Origin: Nitriliruptoraceae bacterium
GTDB lineage: Bacteria > Actinomycetota > Nitriliruptoria > Nitriliruptorales > Nitriliruptoraceae
Assembly: GCA_041686695.1 (NCBI GenBank)
Contig: JAWLDJ010000003.1
Span: 1,137-65,136, forward strand
DNA length: 64,000 nucleotides
Direction of reading: 5' to 3'
Positions 10,216 through 19,962 of the stretch are shown piece after piece. The notes under the pieces were generated by a model. It saw only the letters and a program-made list of their open reading frames with translations. It was not told the DNA's origin and made no database searches. The stretch's first letter is position 1, and each line of letters begins with the position of its first letter. Position numbers and translations under genes: made by a program.

Positions 10216-11441
10216 CCCTCCTGCAGTGGGCTCGGGACCAGGGGCCAGGGCGCGGAGGTCGTGTCCTCGGAGGTGCGACGGAGCACGTCGACCTCCTCGG
10301 TGAGGTCGATGCCGACCGGGCACCAGGTGAGGCAACGACCGCAGCCCACGCACCCGGAGGTGTCGAACTGGTCGATCCAGGTCGCCAGCTTGTGGGTCAG
10401 CCACTGGCGGTAGCGCGACCGGGTCGAGTTGCGCACGCTGGCCGGGCCGTTGTGGCTGAAGTCCAGCGAGAAGCAGGAGTCCCACCGCCGCTCGCGGCTG
10501 GCTTCGGTCCCGGCCAGGTCGGTGCGGTCCTCGACGGTGGTGCAGAAGCAGGTCGGGCAGACCAGGGTGCAGTTCGCGCAGGCCAGGCAGCGCTCGGCGA
10601 TCGCGTCCCAGCGGGGGTGCTCGAGGTTGCTCAGCAGCAGGTCGTGGAGATCGGAGGTCTCCACTCGGCGCTCGAGGCCATCGACCGCGGCGGTCAACAG
10701 CCGTGTCCGGGCCTCGAGGTCCTCCCTGGTGGCCTCGCGGGGCGCCAGCTGCGTCAGCAGCGCTTCTCCTGCCGCCGTGCCGGCCCGCACCAGGAAGCGA
10801 TGCTCACCCTCGAGCAGCTCGGTCAGGATCAGGTCCGCCCCCTCCTCGAGTGCCGGACCGGTCCCCATCGAGGCGCAGAAGCAGGTCGCCGCGGGAGCAC
10901 CACACTCCACCGCGATCAGCAGCACCTGCTCACGGTTGGCGGCGTACACCTCGTCCTCGACCAGCCCCTGGAGCAGCACCCGGTCCTGCACCGCGATCGC
11001 CGCCACCTCGCAGGGACGCAGGCCGAACAACGCCAGTCGCGGTGGGGTGTGCTCGGCCTCGATGATCTCGAAGTTCGCGTCATCGCGGGACTCGGCGCGC
11101 CACAGTGGTTGGCGCGGCGGGAAGAGGGTGCGCTTCGCGCTGGAGGGGCCGACGGCGAAGCCGAAGTACGCGTCATCGTCCCGTCGTACCAGCCGGTAGG
11201 TCCCGGGCGCCTGCTCGTCCCCCCAACCCCGGGGGAGATCGCTGACGTCCTCGATCGGGCCGTGCACGATGGCCTGGTCCCTGACCGTCGGACCGATGAT
11301 GTCGTAGCCGTCATCGGTCAGGAGTTCGAGCAGTTGGGCGAGGTCGCCCGCAGGCAGGACGCTGCCATCGGTCCTTGGTGCTGTGACTGGCGCGCTCATA
11401 CACGCACCTCCGGATACCCACCGACAGTGAGTCGGGTCCAA
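10212..11441 (-). CDS. hyhB: Hydrogenase beta subunit, 4Fe-4S dicluster protein
   Basis: 409 aa with two ferredoxin-type motifs, CLACANCTLVCPTC and CVGCGRCLTWCPVG. It is the first gene of the operon. Confidence 0.85.
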   Translation of the reverse strand: MDPTHCRWVSGGACMSAPVTAPRTDGSVLPAGDLAQLLELLTDDGYDIIGPTVRDQAIVHGPIEDVSDLPRGWGDEQAPGTYRLVRRDDDAYFGFAVGPSSAKRTLFPPRQPLWRAESRDDANFEIIEAEHTPPRLALFGLRPCEVAAIAVQDRVLLQGLVEDEVYAANREQVLLIAVECGAPAATCFCASMGTGPALEEGADLILTELLEGEHRFLVRAGTAAGEALLTQLAPREATREDLEARTRLLTAAVDGLERRVETSDLHDLLLSNLEHPRWDAIAERCLACANCTLVCPTCFCTTVEDRTDLAGTEASRERRWDSCFSLDFSHNGPASVRNSTRSRYRQWLTHKLATWIDQFDTSGCVGCGRCLTWCPVGIDLTEEVDVLRRTSEDTTSAPWPLVPSPLQEG

Positions 11442-11636
11442 CGGCCATCACGGTAGGGAGCCCCGGCGCTCACCTGAAGGGGCGATGGTCCCGTGCGCCA
11501 CCGACGGATGGCGTCCCGATGACCGGGCGAGCGATGACGGGCGAGCGCTAAGGTCACCCAAGAGGTCGGGGTTGATCGGGGTGCGCCCGTGACCGACCGC
11601 CATCCCCAAGGACGAGACAGCAGCGAGGAGGACCAC

Positions 11637-11918
11637 GTGGGCAAGTCGAAGATCGCCAAGAAGGTCGACAAGCTCGAGAAGGAGGCCGACCAGCTCCGCA
11701 AGAAGGCCGAGAAGAAGGGCAAGGAGCTGCAGTCGCAGGCGTCTGAACGTATCGACGACCTCAACGACGAGATCAACGACAAGCAGCAGAAGAGCTCCAA
11801 GAAGGGGCCGGTCGCCCTGGTCCTGGCCATCGGTGCTGGTGTCGCCGCGTTCGTGATGAAGAAGAAGCGCGATCAGGAACTCGACGAGGCCCTCTGGGAG
11901 GAGCCCCGCTCCATCTAG
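11637..11918 (+). CDS. Small Lys/Glu-rich coiled-coil protein with a C-terminal TM helix (hypothetical)
   Basis: GTG 11637 lies 6 nt after AGGAGG. The sequence KSKIAKKVDKLEKEADQLRKKAEKKGKEL... is followed by PVALVLAIGAGVAAFVM. Confidence 0.6.
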   Translation: MGKSKIAKKVDKLEKEADQLRKKAEKKGKELQSQASERIDDLNDEINDKQQKSSKKGPVALVLAIGAGVAAFVMKKKRDQELDEALWEEPRSI

Positions 11919-11926
11919 CAGCCCGC

Positions 11927-11960
11927 CAGCGGTGGTCGGCCCAGCGGTCGACCACCGCTG
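11927..11960. terminator. 12-bp perfect stem-loop between convergent genes
   Basis: CAGCGGTGGTCG (11927-11938), a 10-nt loop, then CGACCACCGCTG (11949-11960). There is no U-tract. Confidence 0.5.
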
Positions 11961-11991
11961 CGGTGCCCGCGCACCGGACCCGGTCGGGGGG

Positions 11992-12453
11992 TCAGTTGCG
12001 GCCGTGCGCCTCCATCGCCGCGACGACCTCGCTCAGGAACCGGCGCAGCACCTCCCGCTCGTGCGGGCTGTACGGCGCGAGCACCTCCTCGATCGTCTGC
12101 GCCAGCGAGCCGAAGAACGCTCCTGCGGTCGCCTGGGCGGAGGTCGTGATCGCGATCACCCGCCGGCGTCGGTCCGCAGGGTCGGTGGACCGGGCAACGT
12201 GCCCGACCCGTTCGAGCCGGTCGATGAGACGGGTCGTGGCGCCGGACGACAGCTCGAGGGCACGTGCGAGCTCACCCGCACCGAGGTGGCCACCGGCCAT
12301 GGCCAGTGCCGACAGCGCCTGCACGTCGGTGGCGTGCAACGATTCGCGGGCGGCGAAACGGCTGCCGACCGCATGCATGTGGGTGCCGAGCTGCTGGAGC
12401 AGCTCGACGATCGTCTGGGACGATGCCTCCGCGTCCGTTCGTGGTGCGGTCAT
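11992..12453 (-). CDS. MarR-family transcriptional regulator
   Basis: Start MTAPRTD at 12453. Winged-HTH region GELARALELSSGATTRLIDRLERVGHVARSTDPADRRR. The track ORF extends implausibly to 13014. Confidence 0.9.
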   Translation of the reverse strand: MTAPRTDAEASSQTIVELLQQLGTHMHAVGSRFAARESLHATDVQALSALAMAGGHLGAGELARALELSSGATTRLIDRLERVGHVARSTDPADRRRRVIAITTSAQATAGAFFGSLAQTIEEVLAPYSPHEREVLRRFLSEVVAAMEAHGRN

Positions 12454-12499
12454 CGGTCCGGTACTCCTCTTGGGGGCACGAGCGGTGCGCGCGTGAGTC

Positions 12500-12570
12500 C
12501 CACACCTGTGGTTCCACCTGTGGAGTTCCCTCGGTGTGAGCATCCACAGACCCACAGGTTCATCCACAGG
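12500..12570. promoter_or_regulatory. Array of five CCACAGG/CCTGTGG motifs upstream of the MarR gene
   Basis: Two palindromes, CCACAccTGTGG (12500-12511) and TCCACctGTGGA (12513-12524). CCACAG(G) repeats follow at 12544, 12552 and 12564, with CATCCACAG exact at 20-bp spacing. Confidence 0.45.
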
Positions 12571-12662
12571 TTGGACCCTGCAGGTTCGTCCTGCGAGGGG
12601 CATCGGGCGATATGCCGCCTCGGCCGAGCGCTCAGCGCTCGGCGTGGTGTTGGGTCGCGGTG

Positions 12663-13460
12663 TCAACCGGGCGTGTCGGCCGCCTGGCCCGGCGGTGCAC
12701 CGCCGCCGGCCGCACGCGCCCGCCGCCGTGCCTCGTTCTGTGCCGTGATCGCGGCCTCTGCCGCCTCGGGGGTCGGCGCGGAGCCGCCGAGATGGGCCGG
12801 CTGCCACCAGTCGTCGGGCGGTGGACCGGGACGCTGGGGGTAGCTGGCCTGGGCGCGCGCCAACTCGTCGGTGATGCGCTGCATCACCTCGCGGGTCCGC
12901 AGCACGGAGGTACGGGCCGTCGGCCGGAAGGGTTCCCCGTAGCGCACCATGACCACGGCACCTCGCGTCGGCCGGGCGGGCCTGCCCTTGGTCAACAGTC
13001 GCTGCGACCCCCACACGGCCACCGGCACGATCGGCGCGTCCGCACGGTCGGCCAGGCGAACGACGCCACTCTTGCCGCGGCGAGGGACGAAGGAGGGGCT
13101 GATCGTGCCCTCGGGATGGAGTCCGACGATCCCGCCGTCCTCGAGGACCGCCTGTGCGGCGGCGGCCGCCTGCATCGGATCCCCGTGCACGTCGACCGGG
13201 ATCTGGCCCAGTTGTCGCAGCAGGAACCCGGTCACCGGGTGGCGGAAGAAGTCGTCACGGGCGAGGAAGCGCACCTCGCGTCGCGGCGCGGGCGGCGCGA
13301 GCATCACGAAGGCGAAGTCGAGGTAGCTGATGTGGTTGCTGGCCAGCACGACGGGACCGGTGGCGGGCAGCTGCTCGGCGCCGTGGACCCGCAGATCGAC
13401 ACCCAGCGCCCGGAACCCGGCGAGGAACAGCGAGGAGCCGAAGCGGTACAGGGCGGACAC
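12663..13460 (-). CDS. 1-acyl-sn-glycerol-3-phosphate acyltransferase-like (PlsC family)
   Basis: 265 aa with the HX4D motif NHISYLD and a PEGT motif (LHPEGTIS). Confidence 0.88.
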   Translation of the reverse strand: MSALYRFGSSLFLAGFRALGVDLRVHGAEQLPATGPVVLASNHISYLDFAFVMLAPPAPRREVRFLARDDFFRHPVTGFLLRQLGQIPVDVHGDPMQAAAAAQAVLEDGGIVGLHPEGTISPSFVPRRGKSGVVRLADRADAPIVPVAVWGSQRLLTKGRPARPTRGAVVMVRYGEPFRPTARTSVLRTREVMQRITDELARAQASYPQRPGPPPDDWWQPAHLGGSAPTPEAAEAAITAQNEARRRARAAGGGAPPGQAADTPG

Positions 13461-13488
13461 GGTGACCTCTCGCTCGCACGCTCGGAGG

Positions 13489-14358
13489 CTAGTCCACCAC
13501 CGACGTGCGCTCGGCTGCGGTCACCGGCGGCCGGCCCGGATCGGTCAGGGCACCCTGGAGGAAGGTGGCGAGCTCCGGGACCAGCGGGAGGAAGGGCGCG
13601 AGCGCGCGGTGGCCAGCTCCGGGTACCAGCCGCAGCCGCGCTGTACCGCCAGCGGCATCGGCGAGGCGAGCCGCATCGCGTGGCGGCACCGTGGTGTCGT
13701 CGTCGCCGTGGAGCACCACCACCGGCGCGACGATCCGACCGATCGTGTTGATCGGAGCGAAGGCATCGAACCGGTGGCCGATCGTGTCCTCGATCGTGGT
13801 GAGCACGCGGCTGGCGAGCGACGTCGGCGCCGACCGCAGCCCGCGCGAGGAACGGATCAGCTCCGCCGGGTGGGCCATGGCGGCGATGGCGACGACCGCC
13901 CCCAGGCGCGGATCGCGCGATGCCGCCAGCAAACAGGCCCCCGCGCCGACCGAATGGCCGATGACGCCGATGCGGTCCGGGTCGACCCGGGGGTCGGCGC
14001 GCAGCCGTGCGACCGCGACCTCGAGGTCCTCGGCGAAGCGCGGCATCGACATGAAGTCGGCAGGGTCACTGCGACCGTGTCCTCGGACGTCGATCAGGAG
14101 CACGGACAACCCGGCGGCCACCAGGCCCGGCGCGGCCGGCAGCAGATCGCTGGCCGCGCTGCCCCAGCCGTGGAGGACGACCACCGCCGGGCCCGGCGCG
14201 CCGCCGCTGGGTGCAGCGGGCAGGAACCAGCCGCGCAGCGCGGTGCCGTCCACCGCCGCGAGCTCCACGTCCTCGGCGCTCAGCTCCAGATCGGCCGGCG
14301 TGGGGTTCGTCGGCGTCGGTGGGATGCGGTAGACCCGCAGCAACAACCAGCGCAACAT
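13489..14358 (-). CDS. Alpha/beta-fold hydrolase
   Basis: 289 aa with an HGWG oxyanion region and the nucleophile elbow GHSVGAG. Confidence 0.85.
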   Translation of the reverse strand: MLRWLLLRVYRIPPTPTNPTPADLELSAEDVELAAVDGTALRGWFLPAAPSGGAPGPAVVVLHGWGSAASDLLPAAPGLVAAGLSVLLIDVRGHGRSDPADFMSMPRFAEDLEVAVARLRADPRVDPDRIGVIGHSVGAGACLLAASRDPRLGAVVAIAAMAHPAELIRSSRGLRSAPTSLASRVLTTIEDTIGHRFDAFAPINTIGRIVAPVVVLHGDDDTTVPPRDAARLADAAGGTARLRLVPGAGHRALAPFLPLVPELATFLQGALTDPGRPPVTAAERTSVVD

Positions 14359-14390
14359 GTCGACAACGCTACCGACACCTCGGAGCTCCC

Positions 14391-15359
14391 GTGACCACCA
14401 GTGATCCCAACCCCGCCGCCCGAGCCCTGACCGGGGCGTTGCCGGCGTTGGTCACGCCGCTGACCGATCCGACCACGCTGGACCTCGAAGCCGTCCCCGC
14501 ACTGGTCCGGCGGGCACTGTCCGACGGGGCCAGCGGGGTGCTGGTCGTCGGCTCCACCGGCGAGGGGAGCCTGCTCGCTCCGGACCAGCGTGCGGCCGTC
14601 ACCGCCCTGGCCCGTGACGCGATCGATGCGCTGCCCGACGCTGACGTGGCCAGGGCCGTGACCCGCGACTCGGCGGCGCAGACCCGGCGACCGGTGCTCG
14701 TGGCCGGCGCCTCGGGTCCGAGCCTGGCGAGCCTGCAGGCCGACGTCGCTCGGCTGGCCGCGGCAGGGGCCGACCTCGTGCTGGTCCTGCCCCCGAGCGT
14801 CCAGCCGCTGACCCCCGACGAGCTCACCGACCTCCACCTCGCGGTCGCCGACACCTCCGCGGTCCCCACGCTCGTCTACCACATCCCCCAGCTGACCGGT
14901 TCCTCGCTCACCCCGTCGCACGTGCAGCGGCTGGCGCACCACGACCGGGTGGCCGGGATGAAGGACTCCTCGCCGCAGGCGGACCGACGGGCCGCGTTCG
15001 TCGCCGCGACCCGGCAGGTCGACGGGTTCTCCGTGCTCACTGGGCACGCGCCGACGCTGGCGGCCGCGCTGGCTGCCGGGGTCGACGGGTCGATCACGGC
15101 GGTGGCCAACGTGCGGCTGCGCCAGGTCCTGGCCCTGCACCGGGCCGCGGCCGAGGGTGCCGGAGCGGAGGTGGCGCGCCTGCAGGAGGCCCTGGTGCGG
15201 TTGAGCCAGGGGATCGGTGAGGTCGGCGTCTCGGTCCCGGCCGTGCTGAAGGCCGTGCTGCAGTTCGATGGCGTCCTGGCCGAGCGTTGGTGCACCCCGC
15301 CCCTGCACTCGGTGCCGCCCGGACGTCTGGACCACGTCCGGACCGCGCTGCTGCGGTGA
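14391..15359 (+). CDS. Dihydrodipicolinate synthase / N-acetylneuraminate lyase family protein
   Basis: In-frame GTG 14391. Motifs VVGSTGEG and GMKDSS (Schiff-base Lys region). The track start at 14211 overlaps the neighbouring gene. Confidence 0.8.
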   Translation: MTTSDPNPAARALTGALPALVTPLTDPTTLDLEAVPALVRRALSDGASGVLVVGSTGEGSLLAPDQRAAVTALARDAIDALPDADVARAVTRDSAAQTRRPVLVAGASGPSLASLQADVARLAAAGADLVLVLPPSVQPLTPDELTDLHLAVADTSAVPTLVYHIPQLTGSSLTPSHVQRLAHHDRVAGMKDSSPQADRRAAFVAATRQVDGFSVLTGHAPTLAAALAAGVDGSITAVANVRLRQVLALHRAAAEGAGAEVARLQEALVRLSQGIGEVGVSVPAVLKAVLQFDGVLAERWCTPPLHSVPPGRLDHVRTALLR

Positions 15360-15392
15360 CCACTGCTGCGGTGACCACTGCTGCGGTGCACG
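15348..15392. repeat. Three tandem 15-bp units CTGCTGCGGTGACCA at the 3' end of the DapA-family gene
   Basis: Units at 15348-15362, 15363-15377 and 15378-15392 (13/15 match). The gene's stop TGA (15357-15359) lies inside unit 1, and unit 2 carries a second in-frame TGA. Confidence 0.7.
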
Positions 15393-15411
15393 CTGCAGCG
15401 CGTGGCCGGCC

Positions 15412-16563
15412 TCAACGCGGCGCGACCCTGGCCAGGAGCTCCCGGACCAGGGCCTGCACCTGCCGGAGCTCGATCAGGAAACCGTCGTGGCCGTAGGGCG
15501 AGCGGATCACATGGGCGCGGTCGCCGGGCACGCCGAGCTGGTGTGCCAGCGCGTGCTGCTGGAGGAGCGGGTAGAGCCGGTCGCTGTCCACGCCCGCCAC
15601 CAGCACCTCGGCGTCCACCCGTGAGAGGGCTGCGGTCACCCCGCCACGGCCGCGCCCGACGTCGTGATCGTTCATCGCCCGCGTGAGCAGCACGTAGCTG
15701 GCGGCGTCGAACCGGGTCGCGAGCTTCACCCCGTGGTGGTCGAGGTAGGACTGCACGGCGTAGCGCCCGCCGGCCATGGGGTCCTCCCCCTCCTGCGGTT
15801 CCCGACCGAACCGCAGCCCCAACTCCTCGCGGCTGCGGTAGCTCCAGTGCGCCAGACGGCGGGCCAGGGCCAACCCCCGGTGCGGTCCCGGGGTGGCGGG
15901 ATCCTCGTGGGCGGCCAGCAGGTAGTCACCACCGAGGTAGTGCGGGTCCTCCTCGATGGCGCGGATCTGGATCGACTGCAGCGCGATCTGGTCGGCGGTC
16001 GCGGTGGCGGAGACGGCCAGGGGTGCGATCGCGCGCACCCGGTCGGGCTCCGAGACCCCCCACTCCAGGACCCGCATCGCCCCCATCGACCCGCCGATCA
16101 CCGCGGCCCAGGTGTCGATCCCGAGGTGGTCGGTGAGCGCGACCTCGGCGGCCACCTGGTCCCGGATCGTGAGGTACGGGAAACGCGATGCCCACGGTCT
16201 GCCATCGGGTGCCAGGGACGACGGCCCGGTCGAGCCCTGGCAGCCACCGAGCAGGTTGGGAGCCACGACGAACCACCGGTCGGTGTCCAGTGGGCAGCCC
16301 GGCCCGATCAGGCCCTGCCACCAACCAGGCGTCGGGTGGCCGGGCTCCACCTCCCCGACGACGTGGCTGTCGCCGGTCAGCGCGTGCAGGACGAGCACGG
16401 CGTTGTCGCGCCTGCGGTTCGGTGTCCCCCAGGTCTCGTAGGCGATCCGTACGTCGGGGAGGGTTCCCCCGAGCTCCAGGGTGAGGTCCCCGACCGTGGC
16501 GAAACGACGGCGCCCGATCGGGTCGCCGTCGCGCCAGGCACCGGTCGCGCGCAGGCTCGTCAC
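15412..16563 (-). CDS. metX: Homoserine O-acetyltransferase
   Basis: 383 aa with the typical MetX N-terminus (...[18 protein letters not shown]...[13 protein letters not shown]) and the nucleophile GGSMGAM. Confidence 0.93.
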   Translation of the reverse strand: MTSLRATGAWRDGDPIGRRRFATVGDLTLELGGTLPDVRIAYETWGTPNRRRDNAVLVLHALTGDSHVVGEVEPGHPTPGWWQGLIGPGCPLDTDRWFVVAPNLLGGCQGSTGPSSLAPDGRPWASRFPYLTIRDQVAAEVALTDHLGIDTWAAVIGGSMGAMRVLEWGVSEPDRVRAIAPLAVSATATADQIALQSIQIRAIEEDPHYLGGDYLLAAHEDPATPGPHRGLALARRLAHWSYRSREELGLRFGREPQEGEDPMAGGRYAVQSYLDHHGVKLATRFDAASYVLLTRAMNDHDVGRGRGGVTAALSRVDAEVLVAGVDSDRLYPLLQQHALAHQLGVPGDRAHVIRSPYGHDGFLIELRQVQALVRELLARVAPR

Positions 16564-16579
16564 CGCCGGGGCACCGCGC

Positions 16580-17887
16580 TCACGTGGCGACCGCCGCGAA
16601 CCCCGACGTCAGATCGGCGATCAGGTCGTCGACCCCTTCGAGCCCGACGGACAGCCGCACCAGGCCCGGGGTGACACCGGTGCTGAGCTGTTGCTCCGGG
16701 CTGAGCTGGGAGTGGGTGGTGGAGGCCGGGTGGATGATGAGGCTGCGGACGTCGCCGATGTTGGCCAGGTGACTGAACAGCGCCACCCCGTCCACGAAGC
16801 GCTTGCCGGCGTCCACCCCGCCGGTCAGTTCGAAGGAGACGATCGCACCCGCGCCGCGCGGGGCATAGCGCTGCTGGGCAGCGTGCCAGCGGCTGGACGC
16901 GAGGCCGGCGTACCAGACCTGCTCGACCGCGTCGTGGCTCTGCAACCACTCGGCGATGCGCTGGGCGTTGGCCACGTGGCGGTCCATGCGCAGGCTGAGG
17001 GTCTCGATGCCCTGGAGCAGCAGGAAGGCGTTGTGCGGGCTGAGCGCCGGGCCGAGATCGCGCAGCAGCTGGACCCGCAGCTTGATCGCGTAGGCCGCGC
17101 CGGCGTTGCCGAGCGCTTCCCAGTAGTTGAGGCCGTGGTAGGAGGGGTCCGGCGTGGTCAGGCCGGGGAAGCGGGCCGCCTGAGCACCGAAGTCGAAACG
17201 CCCGCCGTCGACCACGACCCCGGCGATCGCGGTGCCGTGCCCCCCGAGGAACTTCGTCGCCGAGTGGACGACGATGTCGGCGCCGTGCTCCAGCGGACGG
17301 ATCAGGTAAGGGGTGGCCACGGTGTTGTCGACGATCAGCGGCACCCCGGCCTCGTGGGCGACCTCGGCGACGGTGGCGATGTCGAGGATGTCGATCTTGG
17401 GGTTGCCGATCGACTCGCCGTAGAAGGCCTTGGTGTTGGGTTGGACGGCGGCCCGCCACGCGGCAGGGTCATCGGGGTCCTCGACGAAGGAGACCTCGAT
17501 CCCGAGCTTCGGCAGGGTGTACCGGAACAGGTTGTAGGTCCCGCCGTACAGCGAGGCGGAGGACACGATGTGTGCGCCGGCCTCGGCCAGGTTCAGCACG
17601 GCCAGCGTCTCCGCGGCCTGCCCCGAGGCGACCGCCACCGCCGCGACCCCACCCTCCAGCGAAGCGACCCGCTGCTCGACGACGTCGGTCGTCGGGTTCA
17701 TGATGCGCGTGTAGATGTTGCCGGACTCGGCCAGGCCGAACAGGTTGGCTGCCCGCTCGGTGTCCCCGAGGACGTAGGAGGTCGTCTGGTAGATCGGCGT
17801 GGCCCGGGAACCGGTCGTGGGGTCGGGGACGGCGCCGGCATGGATCTGACGCGTGTCGAAGGACCAGGCCGTGGGGTCTGCGGTCAT
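16580..17887 (-). CDS. metY: O-acetylhomoserine sulfhydrylase (PLP-dependent)
   Basis: Start [18 protein letters not shown] at 17887. Cys/Met-metabolism PLP family ([11 protein letters not shown]). Lies adjacent to metX. Confidence 0.92.
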   Translation of the reverse strand: MTADPTAWSFDTRQIHAGAVPDPTTGSRATPIYQTTSYVLGDTERAANLFGLAESGNIYTRIMNPTTDVVEQRVASLEGGVAAVAVASGQAAETLAVLNLAEAGAHIVSSASLYGGTYNLFRYTLPKLGIEVSFVEDPDDPAAWRAAVQPNTKAFYGESIGNPKIDILDIATVAEVAHEAGVPLIVDNTVATPYLIRPLEHGADIVVHSATKFLGGHGTAIAGVVVDGGRFDFGAQAARFPGLTTPDPSYHGLNYWEALGNAGAAYAIKLRVQLLRDLGPALSPHNAFLLLQGIETLSLRMDRHVANAQRIAEWLQSHDAVEQVWYAGLASSRWHAAQQRYAPRGAGAIVSFELTGGVDAGKRFVDGVALFSHLANIGDVRSLIIHPASTTHSQLSPEQQLSTGVTPGLVRLSVGLEGVDDLIADLTSGFAAVAT

Positions 17888-18051
17888 GTCGATGCTCCTG
17901 CGTGCGGGGCGGGGGGCGGTCCCGCTGCCCGGTGGCCGACGGGGCGTCGGCAACGGTGGTGTGGACGCGGGCGGACGCTAGGTCCCTGCAGGCCTGCGAC
18001 GGCGCAGCGTAGTGACAACCGTGCGAACGGCGGCGCCGGGGGGTGCCGCGC

Positions 18052-18984
18052 TCAACGTCCCGTCAGCCGGTCCACCTCGACCAGTTCCTCACGCGTCAGC
18101 CGCCACCCGGCGGCGGCGCTGTTGGCGTGGACCTGCTCCGGGCGGGTCGCACCGGCGATCACCGAGGCGACCGGGCCCTGGCACGCCAGCCACGAGATCG
18201 CCAGCTCGAGCAGGGTGTGACCGGCATCGTGAGCGAAGGCCTCGAGCGCGGCCGCGGTGGCGAGCCGGTCCTCGTCGATCCAGTCCGCCCGGCGCTGCTG
18301 TGGCAGGGTGTTCAGTCGCCATCCCGGGTCCTGCTCCTGCCCCGAGGTGTACTTGCCCGTCAGGAGCCCGGACTCCAGCGGGAAGTAGGGCAGCAGCGCG
18401 AGCCCGTGGCGTTCGACCGCCTGCAGGACGTCGTCCTCGATCCGGTCGTGCAACAGGCTCCAGTGGTCCTGCGCGCACACGAAGCGGGCGGTCCCGGCGC
18501 GTGCCGCCACGGCCTCGGCCTCGTCGGCCTGCTCGGCGCTGAGGTTGGAGTGGCCGATCTCACGCACCTTGCCGGCGGTCACCAGCTCGTCCAGCGCGCC
18601 GAGCGTCTCGGCGATCGGCACCTCGGGGTCGGGCCGGTGCAGCTGGTAGAGGTCGATGTGGTCGCACCCGAGCCGTCGCAGGCTCGCCTCGCAGGCGCTG
18701 CGGACGTACTCGGGACGGGCGCCCGAGCGGTGTGGATCGAGCTCCATCCCGAACTTCGTCGCCACGACCACCTGGTCACGACGCGAGCCGAGCGCGCGTC
18801 CGAGCAGCTCCTCCGACCCACCCCCACCGCCGTAGATGTCGGCGGTGTCGAACAGGGTGATGCCCACCTCCAGCGCCGCATCGACGACCGCCTGGGTCTG
18901 CGACGCGTCGATGCGGCCGCCGAAGTTGTTGCAACCGAGCCCGACGACCGAGACGTCCAGAGCGCCGATGTGTCGGGTCTCCAC
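18052..18984 (-). CDS. Aldo/keto reductase
   Basis: GTG 18984 lies 6 nt after GGAGGG. Motifs GLGCNNFG, DTADIYG and VVATKFG. The track ORF runs on to 19239 across a tRNA gene, so its N-terminus is rejected. Confidence 0.9.
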   Translation of the reverse strand: METRHIGALDVSVVGLGCNNFGGRIDASQTQAVVDAALEVGITLFDTADIYGGGGGSEELLGRALGSRRDQVVVATKFGMELDPHRSGARPEYVRSACEASLRRLGCDHIDLYQLHRPDPEVPIAETLGALDELVTAGKVREIGHSNLSAEQADEAEAVAARAGTARFVCAQDHWSLLHDRIEDDVLQAVERHGLALLPYFPLESGLLTGKYTSGQEQDPGWRLNTLPQQRRADWIDEDRLATAAALEAFAHDAGHTLLELAISWLACQGPVASVIAGATRPEQVHANSAAAGWRLTREELVEVDRLTGR

Positions 18985-19051
18985 CGTGATCCCTCCGGTG
19001 AGGCGTGTCGGGGGGGTGCTCCCCGAGACGCCGGGGTGATGTGCCAACGCG

Positions 19052-19125
19052 TGGACCCGATCGGATTCGAACCGACGACCTCTGCCATGCAAGGGCAGCG
19101 CTCTGCCAGGCTGAGCTACGGGCCC
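19052..19125 (-). tRNA. tRNA-Ala (anticodon UGC)
   Basis: The reverse complement GGGCCCGTAGCTCAGCCTGGCAGAGCGCTGCCCTTGCATGGCAGAGGTCGTCGGTTCGAATCCGATCGGGTCCA folds as a cloverleaf. It has the G3:U70 Ala identity pair, anticodon loop CUUGCAU, and no encoded CCA. Confidence 0.93.
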
Positions 19126-19172
19126 GCGCCGTCCGTGTCGTACGGGCGGACGGCTGCACAGGGTAGGCCAGC

Positions 19173-19739
19173 GTGGCACCGGCGAGGGTGCCGTGGCGAT
19201 ACCGGTGCCGGAGATCCGGGAACCGGGCACACTCGCCACACACAGAGAGGTCAGCGTTGTCCCTTGATGTCGACCGGCTGCTGGATGCGCGTCCGGCGTG
19301 GGCCGAGCGTGCCCGCCGGCGGTGGCGGACCGCGATCGCTGCCGACCCGGTCCGTCGGCGACGTTGGCTGGCTGTCGTCGTGATCGCCTGGCAGCTCGGC
19401 GACGCGATCGCCCCTCGCCACCAGGTCGCCGGGGTCCGCCGGCTGCTGCTCGTGATGATCGTGCTGGACAGCGTGGCCACCTACGTGTGGGTGGCCGGCG
19501 GGATCGCCAGCGAAGCCAACCCCATGGTGGCGGCGGCGCTGGACACCTACGGGATCGGTCCCGGGTTGCTGCTGCGCACGCTGTGGTCGGTGGCGCTGGT
19601 GCTCGCGCTGACCTGGCTGGCGGAGCGGCGGGCGTCGGTGCGCCCGGCGCTGGTGGTCCCCCTCGTCGCGCTGGGAGCGGTCACGCTCCTCCACATCAGC
19701 GTGCTGGCGCAGGTCTGGTGGCAGCTGCTGGGCTCCTGA
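19173..19739 (+). CDS. Integral membrane protein (DUF5658-like C-terminal half); start uncertain
   Basis: Three or four hydrophobic helices and a SEANPMV motif. The N-terminal ~80 residues are Arg-rich and may not be translated. Confidence 0.6.
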   Translation: MAPARVPWRYRCRRSGNRAHSPHTERSALSLDVDRLLDARPAWAERARRRWRTAIAADPVRRRRWLAVVVIAWQLGDAIAPRHQVAGVRRLLLVMIVLDSVATYVWVAGGIASEANPMVAAALDTYGIGPGLLLRTLWSVALVLALTWLAERRASVRPALVVPLVALGAVTLLHISVLAQVWWQLLGS

Positions 19740-19962
19740 CCCCACGTCCGGCCGGCCCGGAAGGCGCCAGCGCCGGGGGCCGCGTACCGGCCGCGACGTG
19801 CCCATTAGGCTGCATGACGGCGCGGCAGCCGAACGCGAGGGAGGGCGGCAGTGGTGACCACGACGGCCCTCGACCGCGTGTGGATCGCGGTGGCCGGTGC
19901 GGGCGGCTACCTGGTCCCTGCGCCGACCGGGGCGCGGGGACGCCGCTTCGTGAGGTGTTCCC

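Noticed and set aside
17888-18051. SAM-IV or S-box riboswitch upstream of metY
   Set aside because: I could not find the conserved cores by eye, so no ncRNA feature is called. It is kept only as a question for a covariance-model scan.
16481-18220. 579-aa plus-strand ORF antisense to metY
   Set aside because: It is an antisense shadow. The metY frame has the PLP-enzyme motifs, and the ORF bridges two unrelated genes.
18985-19239. N-terminal extension of the aldo/keto reductase ORF
   Set aside because: It runs straight through the tRNA-Ala gene (19052-19125). GTG 18984 with GGAGGG gives the expected AKR N-terminus.
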